Positions 25,195-38,590 are shown, counted from the first letter of the stretch. The stretch is 64,000 bases of DNA from Octopus vulgaris (GCA_951406725.2 OX597824.1:43834001-43898000); one strand, 5' to 3'. Translations and numbers: made by a program. Notes: a model not told the origin generated them from the sequence alone.

Positions 25195-25365
25195 TACTGG
25201 ATTCATCACAAAATCAAATGTTGATATTTTGAATACATTTAATGGTTTTGAATATTTACTTAAGATAACCATTATGTTATACTACCCTTGTTAGTAAACA
25301 TTTAAAAAAACGTGTATTAAATGCATTCAAAATATCGACACTTTTATTTTGTGATTATTCCGGTA
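25195..25365. mobile_element. Palindromic Tc1/mariner-type MITE
   Basis: ~50 bp TIRs: tactggattcatcacaaaatcaaatgttgatattttgaatacatttaat versus reverse complement taccggaataatcacaaaataaaagtgtcgatattttgaatgcatttaat. TA at both ends. Confidence 0.75.
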
Positions 25366-26385
25366 TTACATGACTCATTCTCATAACAATTTAGTCTGTC
25401 TTTGCTCAGATGATATGATTGTAATACAGTAAGGATATAGGAATGAGTTATTGAACTGGACACTCAGTTGAAAACTTCTGGTAAAGTGTATTGCATCAAA
25501 GTATACTTCCAAATGCACACACACATTATATTACTGAAGCAGAACAGGCAAAATGAACACATTCTCTTCTATCATAAAATAGGTACTTTCATACAGTTGT
25601 TACTTAAATCTTAAATAGCTTGTTCTCTCTACAGTTCTTATACAGAATCCACAGCATAACACTTTACTTTGCCTAATTTAAGAAATTAAAACTTGAATGT
25701 AACATTTGAAAAAAACCCTACATGTGATTCTTTTTCTTCAACACATAAAACACAAAATAAGTGGCCCCTTTGCAAAATTTTTGTGCTCATGTTTTCTTAT
25801 ACATTTAGGTTTAGGTCAAAGAAACAACAAAATCTTTCATCAGTAATGACACAATTAATAAAAGTATTAAGGTTTCCCATTTAAATCTTTACAATCACCT
25901 TCATAAAATATATGTCATCCATGCCAATCTTTACTCAATCTACTATATCCTTTTTTCTAATTAAACTCATTTTTCTTCTGCTACTACTGCAGTGGCCTCT
26001 CCTCCTCAGAACTCATTGATTTCATGCCACCTCCAGGCTCAACCAACTCACTTGTCTCTCTAGTCATCCATAATGTGTCCACCCACCCACTCCATGCCCC
26101 ACACTAACCACTATGCTTAGTCCTCTCCAGGTCAATTCTCTGGAATTCCCTTCTCGTATATATGTTCAAATCTATTGACCTCTTAGTAGACTTTCCAGGA
26201 AAATATATTTTTACTGTGATTGTGAAATATTCATTATTTTATGTACAACTGCACATCATATATACACACAAACTTACATATATACACATATACACACATA
26301 TATATTACATTTTGTTACTTTGATTTATTTGAAAGCCATAAAATACATGAATTCTAAACTATTTTTTTTCTTTTCCTAATTTCAG

Positions 26386-27479
26386 GTATTGCTTTATCCG
26401 ATATTATTAAGCAATATTTCGTATCGCCAACATTATTGCGTGTTGTTCGTGTTTTCCGTGTTGGCCGTGTACTTCGGCTTGTGAAATCAGCAAAAGGTAT
26501 CCGTACATTGCTATTCTCCTTAGCAGTGTCTTTACCAGCTCTCTTCAATATTGGATTGCTTCTATTTTTGGTCATGTTCATCTACTCTATGTTTGGGATG
26601 TCCTTCTTTATGGATGTCGGTGCTTTCAATGGTATAGATGATGTTTTCAATTTCCAGACTTTGATTCAGAGTATGATTCTTCTATTCCAAATGTCCACTT
26701 CTGCAGGTTGGGACGGTGTTTTAGCAGCAATTATGCGAGAACCTCCAGAATGTGATCCTCATAAGGAAATATTTGGAAACAAAAATGCAAACGGAGATTG
26801 TGGAAGTTATGGAATGGCAGTCCTGTTCCTTGTAACTTATTTAGTTATAAGCTTTCTCGTGGTAATAAACATGTACATTGCAGTAATTCTCGAGAACTTT
26901 AGCCAAGCCACTGAAGATGTGCAGCAAGGTCTCACTCCAGATGACTTTGATATGTATTATGAAAAGTGGGAAAAATTCGATCCTAAAGCAACCCAATATA
27001 TTGCACTCAGTGAACTGTCAGACTTTGTAGACTTCCTGGAAGAACCTCTTCAGTTACCCAAACCAAATCATTTTATGCTTGTTAAACTTGACATTCCTAT
27101 ATGTGAAGGTGAAAAAGTACACTGTGTAGATATTTTACAAGCTTTGACAAAGAATTATTTGGGAACCGCAGATGAATCATCTGCTGAAGAACCAGCAGCG
27201 GAGAAAGTGGACTATAACCCTATTAGTTCAACGTTACGGAGACAAAAAGAACACTTTGCAGCAAGAATCATACAGAGAGCATGGAGGCAATTCAGTGCAA
27301 CTCGGCCACCAAGGCCACAGTCAGCTTTGCCGCCACCACCGTCGTATGAAGAGAGTTGCAAAAAACAAGACGAAATTACACAGGAATCTCCTGATGATTC
27401 TCCCAGTGGATCAGGAACGGAAATACAAACTGAAGTGAAAACTGTCGAACTCTATCCAGAGAGTGGAGTTGTTGCTTGA
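26386..27479 (+). CDS. Nav1: Nav1 terminal coding exon (DIV S4-S6, EF-hand-like C-terminus, IQ, PPxY)
   Basis: cag|GT ATT GCT. Contains S4 [16 protein letters not shown], filter STSAGWDG, S6 [15 protein letters not shown] motif [10 protein letters not shown] and PPSY. TGA at 27477-27479. Confidence 0.98.
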
Positions 27480-27739
27480 AGCAGTGCTTTTGATATTTAT
27501 AACAACAGCTTGCAGACTGCGTAAGCTATATATATATATATATATATATACATGATATATAATATATATATGTATTTGATATAATATATATACAATATAT
27601 ATATACATACACATTGATATTTGCATATATACATATTTGCATATACATGTGCGTGCATGTGTATGTATAAATACATACACACACACACTCAAACACACAG
27701 ACACATGCACACACACACACGTGTGTGTGTGTGTATATA

Positions 27740-27797
<58 letters not shown>

Positions 27798-28565
27798 CTC
27801 CAAGCACCTGCTCAGTTTCTTTCTACCTAATTCCATTTCTGCAATTGAACAGCAGCAGAAAAATGGAACAAAAAGAAAATTTCTCCAAAGCAATTCAGGA
27901 GCCCCTATCCTTTGTGAGCAGTTTGAGGGTGCTAGGTGGTGAGAAAAAAAAAGCTTGGAAAGAATACAGAACAAGCAGCTCCATAAAAAAAGACAAACAC
28001 TTAAAAGATACACTGCACTGGGAGGAGGAGGAGGAGGAGGAGGAGGAGAAGGAGAAACTCGGTGGAGGGATACGGAAGAACAATGAATGGTTGCGATAAC
28101 AGCCGGCTGTGCTTTCTTCATATATGACGAGCTGACCTGACAGCGCAGTGCCAGCTCGACAGCATTTGCTTTTATAAAGTCTTTCAAGCTTTGTTGTTTT
28201 TTTTTTCAAAATGTTGGGGGGGTGGGTTTTTTTTTAATTTAAAAATGCAAATTTATCATCTTTTAAACCTGACAGCTCATCACTGCATTTTTTTTGTTAT
28301 ATTTTCATTTTTTTTTTCCGCATGCATACCTGGGGACGAAATATGCTCAGGATGGCTTGTACAGGCGGCCTTCTCTGAACAGTCACTTTCTGAGCATCTG
28401 TTTTGATCTGGGCAAAAACACAATTTTTTTTTTTTTTTCAAAATAATAATATATTGAGATTTTTATCTCATTAAAGCACTCAGTCTGCTCACTATCATTG
28501 TAATTAGTTCTTCACGTGGGTAAAAAAAAAACATGTGTATCTGTGTGTGTGTGTGTGTGTATGCA

Positions 28566-28609
<44 letters not shown>

Positions 28610-29790
28610 TAATTTCTCTAATTCCTAATAATTAAAACTAAGTTTATTTGTACAATCTTTGCTTATACCGCATGAAAAAGTTTTTTTTTTATTTCTTAAT
28701 CTGCTCTGGCTTGGTAAAAAAAATGTTTTAAAATAACTCTACTTAACTAAAGTTAAAAAGTTGTTTTTTTTTTATATCAGCAAACATTTCCTAAATATTT
28801 TCTATATTGTAGCATATACATTTTCTTTATATCTTTGACAATGTCCAGATTTTACATTCATCTTGAATATTAAAATATCCCTGCCAAATTAACTGCTACT
28901 GTAAAAAAAAAGAAATATATACATGTCTACACACATACATATAATGTTGAGTATGCATTTATATATCATGCATACAGTCATGTAAATGTGTATATATGTC
29001 TGCATACTTATGCATAGTCAATTAGCCAATAACATATTGGCAGTTATTCTACATAACTACTAGACTTTTTTTTTTACATCAAAAGTATTCTTCTCAAAAT
29101 TTTTAACTGCCAGTTTGCACTTCAAGGAAAATAATAATAGTAAAATAATCACTTCTCAGGTAGGGAATTTTAACAAAATAATAATGAAAAAGGTTTAAAA
29201 AAAATGAGTCTGCTTGCTTGTATGGTTTTTATAACTAACTAGCCAGAGTTAATTCTGTGAAATACACGTACAAAAAAAAAATTATAAGATGCCATTCCTA
29301 TAAGGCCTATATTTATCTTGCAATTTTTATTTTAGTATTTGTTGGTATTTAGCTTTCTGTCTTCCACTTATTTGTATTCTACTTAAGTCAATTTTGTATG
29401 TTATCAATGAAAAGTATTTGCTTGCTACTTTAATAACTTATTGCTTGTATATGAAGACCCAATTGTTGCCTGCATCTCAAGACCCATGTCGTTCGCCTAC
29501 ACTTGAAGACCCTGTTATAACTCAGGTTTTACCTGAATGAATTCCCCACTAGATAAAGCTTAGTGGGGTTTGGCTACCTCATCGCTGGTTGGTACTTCTG
29601 ATCGGCCAATCAGTCTGCCCTGCGAGTATGAGATATTAGTACCTAAAACATGTAACTAATTTAGAAATATAATTAATGCAAGATCTTAAACTTAGTTGAA
29701 ATTTCTAAAACTGAGTTACAGATCTTGAAACAATACAAAACTACTAAAAATATTTCCGTAGAATAAACATATATATATATGGAATATATT
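27480..29790 (+). promoter_or_regulatory. Minimal predicted 3'UTR up to the first canonical poly(A) signal (AATAAA 29762-29767)
   Basis: This is the first AATAAA I found after the stop codon; ATTAAA variants occur earlier (28470, 28631). The true transcript end is unknown and may be much further downstream. Confidence 0.45.
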
Positions 29791-29885
29791 AATCTATATA
29801 TGGATATATATCTACTTATATATATGGATATATATCTACTTATATATATGAATATATATATATCTACATATACATATGGATATAA
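29775..29885. repeat. 24-bp minisatellite (tatatatggatatatatctactta)
   Basis: Two exact and two degenerate units. Confidence 0.8.
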
Positions 29886-32800
29886 GTATATCACTGTCTC
29901 ATATATTTACATCTATGTATGTAAATATGTGTGTGTGTATATTATATATTTATGTGTATGTGTTTGTGTGTGTGTGTTTCTGTGTGTGTGTGAGTGTGTG
30001 TGTGTGTGTGCGTGCGTGTGTGTGTACATGCATATAAGTAATATTTATTTCAATGTTTTGTTCACAAGATTTTCCCAAAATCCCAAAGAATTTCTTGAGA
30101 GTTAACTTGGAAGAAGTATTAATCATGAATATTTAATGAGCAAAAGAATAAAGATTTATATTTGCCCACATTAAAATTATTCTAAAATACATCAAAATTA
30201 TAAGAAAAACCTAGTTTTGTGTGTATTGCTGTGTGTACATGCGTGTTGCTTTATATGTAATATATTTTCCTTTAATTTTAAATGATGTAATTACTTTACA
30301 TACTAATTAAGATCTGATTTTAGAATCTACGGAAATTGTTTATTGTAGAAAAGTAAATTTGAATTTTTTAAATGCCAAATTTAAAAAATTATCTGCTATT
30401 TATTCAAAGAATCCCATGAAATATATTCATTTCAGTTGACACGTTCATATAATGCAAATTCGTTTTACATTTCATAAAAGTGAATCGAATTTCATGGATA
30501 TTGCATTTGAATTTATATCACATACTCAGAATAATTATATATTTAATTGCTACATTATAAGTAGTCCGTATTGGGGTAGCCAAATTCCATGCAGTGTGTA
30601 TGATTCGCCAAAAATTCCAAAACCCTGCTTTTTGTCCTCATGCTGAAATAGCTCAATACAATCTCCTTTCATTGGTTGTTGTGTCACATATTGCAAAATA
30701 TATATATGAAATTGAGGCATTAGTCTGGTGATTCTGTGACATAGCGGTATTGTAAATGTTCTTAAATAAAGGAAGCAAAAAATCTTCTGAAAGTTAATGA
30801 TCAACATGAGCTGTTCAACTTTACATTGAACAGAGATGAATTCTTGTTATTATTTATGACCAATTAATATTTGAGCATTTTTCTTTGCCAAATGTTTCTA
30901 ACTGTCCAAAGTTGAGGAAACACCAAACTACAAGAATAAAGATGGAGAATTACTCTTCATGAGATAAAAAAACAAATCAAATCAATACAAAGTACAAAAT
31001 ATAGAAAACAAACAAAATGGAATATTTTACCTTAATAGTTCAACCATTAATGAACCTACTGTAAAAGAGAATGCAACATATTAGTAATGGTGTATGTCTA
31101 TGATTTATATCTTTTAGAGGCTTTAGAAGTATGAAAGTTGCTAAAAGAGCTTAAAACGATGTATCCAAAATGTATGAAATGTTATCCAACCAAAATCAAA
31201 GGGCAGCCCAAAACTATGAAAGAAATATATACTGAAAAGAAAATGGCAAGCGGGAATAGCTCCGCGAAATCGAGATAAGTCAATGCTTTGAAAAGCAGAA
31301 GACGCAATCAGTGAGTGACTGATAGAATTAAAACCCTTTTTTAAAAATGTTAATTTCTTAAATGATAATGATAAACATGACACTAATTGCCAACCAATGA
31401 CTTGACTGACATACTAAGTATCCCACGGCTATGACAATTACAATGTAATAGATGCCTTCAGATAGATGGTGACTATATATACCACAGACCATTGCAATAA
31501 TGGTTACTATATGATAAATGACTCAGGAATATGACAGTTACCATATGATCACACCACACTGGTCTAAGAGCAAGTGAAATAATATAGAACAGTACCTAAA
31601 TCTCAATATTGGTAAGAAATTTTGAATAATAACCAACAAGAATAAAGAGATAGGGAGGATGTATGAGTGTGTTGGTAGAGATCATATGAAAGTAAAAAAC
31701 AAAGCTTTAAATATTCCATACAACTTCATATTGGAGAGAGAGTAAAACAAAATCTATATCTATGAAACTGTAATCAAATAATTTATTGTACAGTTATGCA
31801 AGAATTTTAACAGATTTATGATTACATAATACAATAAATATAATGTTGATCTTGCACTGGGTTCATAGTTACAATGCCGCTATCTTTCATTGAAATTACC
31901 AGTTGTTAATGTCTTAAAACATAACTAACCTTGAGCAATCCCTCAGTACTACTCAAAACAATGTCCTTAGCCATGCGTGCTGCTTCTTCCTAGGTTCTTT
32001 GCTGCCGTGCCTTTGGCTATTATTTACTTTTTGAGTAGACTGACCCTGCATTAAGCTACTATTTTGCCATGAGTAATTTTTTTCCTTTCTGTCTATCTCA
32101 ATTTTTTCTAACTTCTTTCATTCAAAAACAAAAATATATATATATATATATCAACATATATATATAATTATTTTTCTTATTTTTGCTGGCATATTCAAGG
32201 GTATGTATGAAGCTTCTTACTAGTATTGCTGAAAAAAAAGAAAACAAAACAAATGGAAGGATAGCTAAATAATTTAGATGTAAAAAAATACCCCGTGAAG
32301 AATATCTATAATGTAAGAGTGAGCAGACAAATGGGGAGTGAGCTGAGAGAGAGAGCAAAGGAGGTTGACAATCAACACATGTCCCTTCCATGCTAACTCT
32401 CTCATAACTACCCATACCACCATCCAAGCATGATATACTAATACTAATACTTCTATTTAAACTACATAAATTATGACAAAACAACAACAACAACAACAAT
32501 AATAATAATAATAGTACAAACAATAATGTTAATGACAACAATAACAGTTATTATACTAATTAATTAATGCTCAACTTTTCTTTGTTATGTTTTACACAGC
32601 CTCTCATGCAGCTCCTAGCAACAATTTTCACATCCATTACCTGTTCCTTTTGTATGTACATGCATATATACATAAATATTTGTATGAGTACATACATATG
32701 TATGTGTGTGTGTGTGTATACATATATATATATATTTATATATACACACACACACAAACATATATACATAGGGAAGAGAAATATAACAGCTCATAAAACA

Positions 32801-32952
32801 TTTTTGCCTTTGTCAACCTAGTACAGACACCACATATACACATCCACACCCATGCACACTTGCATACATATGTGTGTGTATGTATATGTATGTATGTATG
32901 TATGTGTGTGTATATATATATATATACTTAAAAGTATACTATACATACATAA

Positions 32953-32989
<37 letters not shown>

Positions 32990-33249
32990 GTGTGTGTATA
33001 CATATACACACATACATACACATTCCCATGTGCACACTCTTACATAAATATGTATGATCAACCACAGGCAACAACAATATCTGTAAAACTTATGTCTTAC
33101 AACAGTCATGACATGTTAAATTTTAACTGTTTTGTTTCTTCACTGCATTTCATACATTTGCAGCTTCACAAATGTTGCCATGCTGTATATCTTCGCATAG
33201 AAATGAAATAATTCTCATAGCATTACTGAATAAAAGAATATATGGAAAT

Positions 33250-33289
<40 letters not shown>

Positions 33290-36200
33290 TATGTTACATG
33301 AATTATCTTTTGAGAAATTTTTATTTTTATTTAATTCTATCTAAGACTTAACTGTTTTACTCAATTTTTTCCCATTTTGGTAATTTATACTTGTATTTGC
33401 ATTATTGTTTGTTTGGCTGTTTGTTTAGACTCTTTTGTGCAAGAATTCAACATGACTTTATTCTACACAAACTTCTGAAACTACAGTAAAGATATATTTA
33501 TCATTTATATCAATTTCAAAGAAACTTATTTAATTGGTAACAGCACCTAAACTTTGTGAATATTGCCAATATTACTACAGAAACAACAACAACCACAACT
33601 ACTACTACTACAAATGTACTGTTGTTATATTTTTACAATTATTGCTTTTTGGTTAAAATCTTTTTTCTGTTTTTTTTGTTCATCTAAATTTTTCCTCTTT
33701 TATTTACACAGAATTGTACTTGCAATATCCTTCATTGTTATCAGTTTTATTACTACTACTAGACATGTATGCATACTCTTTCTGCTAGATATTTACTAAT
33801 GTTCTCTATTCTCATTGATTTTAAATAGTCCAAAAATATGGTTCCAATTCAGATGTATCATGGTGTTTTGAGTCATTCCATTTCAATTTTTAAAATGTTT
33901 TTTTTCTCTAATAGTTTGGGAAAGCAATTTATTCCCTGTCGTTATTTACATTTACCTTTAAAAAAATGAGACAAGAAAAAATAGCATTAATTAAATGGAG
34001 AGGTAAAAGGAGGAAGAAAAACTTATTCATTATAAGACAAGTGCAAAGCATCTTCATAATTCTAAATATTTTGGAATTTATTTGTTCATATTTTTCTCCT
34101 TACATCTTCTTAACATCATAAAAGATTTGAAAAGTGCAGAATCTGGCATTGCAAAGTTTAAAAGATACATCCTGAACAGTTTTAAGGATTAATTAAGTGA
34201 AATAAAGGAATTAAAGAAGTTTTAGCTACTGTCTTTTAAGTAGCTAATAAAACATTGAAATAAAATTAACTCATTATTATTTAATAAAGGTTACATTTTA
34301 AACTAAGTTTTATTCATTTCATTGTTTTTTGCTAAGAAAGATGATGTTAATATCAGTTATCAGCATCAGATCTTAGTATAGTTAATAAACTTTCACTTAA
34401 CAATATGAGAATTATGAATAGAATGGAACACAAGGAAAACAATTGATATAATGGAATATTCATACAAGTTATCAATGTATAGATAGGGCTTACCAAGATA
34501 TCAAATATGGGGAGGAATATAAACTATTATATTTACCTACATGAGGACTTTAGAATTCAACATCCAGTCAAAGACTTCTTTCAAACTTTTTCTTATATTT
34601 CACCCTACCCACACAGAAACTGACATGCTCCCTGATTAAAAATATGGGAAAACTTTCATTGTTTTTAAGTTTGTTGATTTATCGAACATGAAGAATTTAA
34701 TTTCTTAATTCTAATTGTTTTTAACTGTTAATGATACACTTTGACATCAAATAGAAAATTACTTTTTTCATTTGTAATTTATACTTGCTATTATGTAATT
34801 ATTTTTATATAGATAATGAAAAGTTTTTGCTTAAATCTTAAATCACACAGAAAAATGGAGGTTTTGTAATTTGAAACATTAGACATAAAGGTGAGCTATA
34901 TCTATCTTTAAATGATATAGATTAAATGCCTACAAATTTAATTTTAACAAGATTTAACTAAAATTTCAACGTTTAATTATGTATTTGTTTTTCTCACTTA
35001 TAGTTAGCCTTCCCCTACTCTCCTTCAAGCATACTGTGTAATTCCTAAGGTTTCCTTGGTATTTTGTTGTTGTTGTTTTTAAAAGGAAGTGATTTTATCA
35101 CTGTTATCTAGTGCCTAAGAACTTTGCACATAATATGCAGAGGTTGTGTGTAGAGATATTGCAATGCCCACACTGAATATCATTAAAGCTTGTAAACCCT
35201 TCATTATTTGACCACTTTGCCTTAACAACCATATAATACCCTCCGTCCCACCCTCTATTGCTTCACTGTTTGTAGAGCTGCTGACCAGTTTCCACATGTC
35301 TGCTATTACTGCCGACTTCATCAACTACTCTGTCTGGTAATGACACAGCTAATGATGTAAAGTACCAAAGAAGTATCTATCTGCATTGTCAAAAGATTTG
35401 ACATTAGGTTTTGTCTACCAGACGCCATGTCAAAGTGTTGACTGTTAGCAAATTTGTTTTTGTCAATGTTTATATTCCATTGTTGTTGTTAACACTAACA
35501 ACATTGTTGTTGTTAACACCATCAAAGTCACCAATGTAAGGGACTCTCTTCCTTCACTTCTAATATGTCCAATTGTTCTTTACTGACACTATGAATGAAT
35601 AATAATAGTACTAATTATATAACTGACATCATGTGAATAAGTGACTGACTCTTGGACATTACCCATTTTGCTTAATATATTATTTTTAAGGAATAATCTA
35701 AAATCTTAACTAACTGCACTTGGTAATAATTTTGAGTCATTTATTATAATTTTGGCTAAGCTAATTCCAGCACCACACTGTCTATTTAAATAGAGAGTTT
35801 GTGCTATGGTATTTACAAAGACAAAAATAAATTATAAACTGCATTTTCTACAACTAGATATTGAAATAACTATCCTAAAAGGTAAATGATATTATTTGGT
35901 TATTCAATCTAATTGAAATTCAGCAAAATATTCTTTAATTTTCTATCCTCCAAACAATTAAGAATGTTAATTAGTATTTAAAAATTTCTCATTTCAAATA
36001 CCAATCAAGATTATTCTTTCCCTGCTTAGTTTATAATTTCACAACACATCTCGCTCTCAGCTCAACTAGTCAACTCATGAATCACTTAAGATTAAATATT
36101 TAAGTTATCATTACAATATATTTTAGGAAAACAATAGATATATGATATCCTTTAAATAATATCTATATAAAAGATATATCAGCTCTTGGTTTTACTTAAA

Positions 36201-37498
36201 AACAACAACTAGATTACCTCAAACTTTCAAAGTGTATGTTTTTGCTTAAATTTTGATAAGGCTATATCATCCAGGTACATCTGCTTAGCATGTGGTGTGT
36301 AGTTTCTGGCTCTATTTTCCAGTACTCACTGTTGCCTTTGTTTCTATGGCTATGTCTTTCTAAAATCTATGCAAAACTGCAATTTTTCATCCCTTTTGAG
36401 ATCTAGGTCAATTAAATGAATATAAACTGTATGAAAGAAACACAAACAATATTGGCATTGAAAAGGTTTTTTTCTTTTTTTCCATAATATTCATTCATTG
36501 AACTATATAAATGAATCTATACTTCATTAGCTGAGAAGGATATTACACCAATTCTGTGTAACAAAGAAGTTTGTCATACAATACACCATCAGGTCACATT
36601 GTTTGCAGTGAGGTTTCTTGCTTTATGTTGCTATATGAACAAACTTTCCACAAATTTTTTCTTTTTTGCTATTTTAGAATCTTTTACACATGAAACTATT
36701 TTGTTATTTTATCACCTTCATCACATCTTTTCCAGAATTACTCAATGATATCAAATTCTTCATTGCTTTTATAAAGAGAAAAATTTATAATCATTCATAT
36801 ATAACTTTTTTAATTTCAAATTTGAGAATGAATTTATTAATTTCCAATAGCTTGGGAAATGGGGGGGGGGCTATGTCTCATCCAGAGACATAGAAATGAC
36901 AGAATAATTATAAAAAGCTTGTTTTATTTTGTTTTGGTTTTTTGTTTGTTTTCCTTCCTTATCCAAACCTAGAAAGGGTTTCAAGACATAAACCAAAATC
37001 TAAAATAGTTTCAAATATCTGAGTTAGCTTTTTCATTTTTCTGCCTAATTTTGATGAATAAAATGCACATAGTTTCCTACATATTTTTGCACTAAACCAA
37101 ATGCAAAAAAGTCTTTTTTTAATTCTTTAAAAAAAGTTCTAGATTTAAACAATTTAATTATGTTTGATAAACTCATAAAATGTTAGTATATATTTATTCT
37201 ACTTTCTGGTATACAGAACGTTTTGTTTTATTTTAGTCATAGAAAGGTTGGATTCTACTTTCTATTTGCAATTAAGCCTGTAATCATTGCTCTGTTGTGG
37301 ATTGCGTTTTTACTCTACCATAAATTCTTCAGGTATGTTGTAACCATTGATTGGAGCTTAATAATTTTGCATTCACCAAGATTAAATTGAATGAATATTC
37401 CCATAGTTTATCAGTTGGCTATTTCTGATTTTGTCTATATGTAAGAAAGCTTTATTGAATTTGAGGTGAATTTATATTTATATCTATCTATCTATCTA

Positions 37499-37552
<54 letters not shown>

Positions 37553-38463
37553 CATATATATATATATATACATACATATATATATATATACAAATATATA
37601 TATATTCAAATTTTTTTTAAATGTTTAAAACAAAAAAAAGTGAAAGTTTATGAGAGAGGAATAACAGGATAATTTTTAAAGAATAATGATATGATTCTAG
37701 TTGTTTTTTCACTTTCAATCACTAAATTTTTAAAATATATAATTGTTGTAATTACCACGTTAAATTATTGTGTACATCATCTGAATGGACATAACAAAAG
37801 GTTGTAACTAAGGTTGCATTTTATTATATTATATGTTGTTGATCTTTATTGGATATTCATTGTTACACTTGAAAAAATTTAAGATAAGAAGTTTTGGCAT
37901 AGCACTAGTAATTGGTTCAGTTATTGGTTGACTCTAGTTAGGTGGTAGTATATGACAGGCTTTTAAATCATCTGGCGACTTGAACTTTGAAGGCTAAACG
38001 TAGAACTACATAATCTTAAATCTAATTAACTTGCCTGAACTGCCGTAGAGTTTAAACCATCATCTCTAGAAAATAGAGGCAATCAATGACTTCCTCATCT
38101 AATGCTCTTTTCTCTAACATTTGCTACCTACTCTCTTTTCACTCATGGAGCAGTGGTAAAGATTTCACATGTCTCCAAAGCACATAACTGTGTGCCTATA
38201 TGTTTTCCCAGCTTTAAGACTGATTATTTTTTTCAGTCTTGCTGTTTCACCAGTTTGTGTATGTTTTTGCACAGCATCACTATATTTCCACTTTGCTGCA
38301 CTCTTCTTGAAGTCTATACTGTATACATGCATACAGACACAAATATACATATATATAATCTCAACCCCTTTAATAATAACACTTCAGCTTCAAGTAACTT
38401 GTTTTATTGGTGAGGGTTTAAGCCATATATGTGTGTGTGTGTATATACATATATATATGCATA

Positions 38464-38503
<40 letters not shown>

Positions 38504-38529
38504 CATATACATATATATATGTATGTATG

Positions 38530-38590
<61 letters not shown>

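Noticed and set aside
27477-27524. Stop-codon readthrough adding ~15 aa (xSSAFDIYNNSLQTA)
   Set aside because: TGA-A is not the leaky TGA-C context, and there is no other support without conservation data.
28121-28165. SECIS element recoding the TGA stop
   Set aside because: AUGA...GA is present, but the stem pairs in a Watson-Crick register that is incompatible with the GA quartet, and the loop lacks AAR.
27411-28209. Long antisense ORFs (258 aa and others)
   Set aside because: They are kept open by TA, CA and GAG microsatellites and encode low-complexity peptides.
29453-29515. Mitochondrial 16S rRNA (NUMT) suggested by GAAGACCC
   Set aside because: The similarity is limited to 8 nt and the flanks do not follow the 16S consensus.
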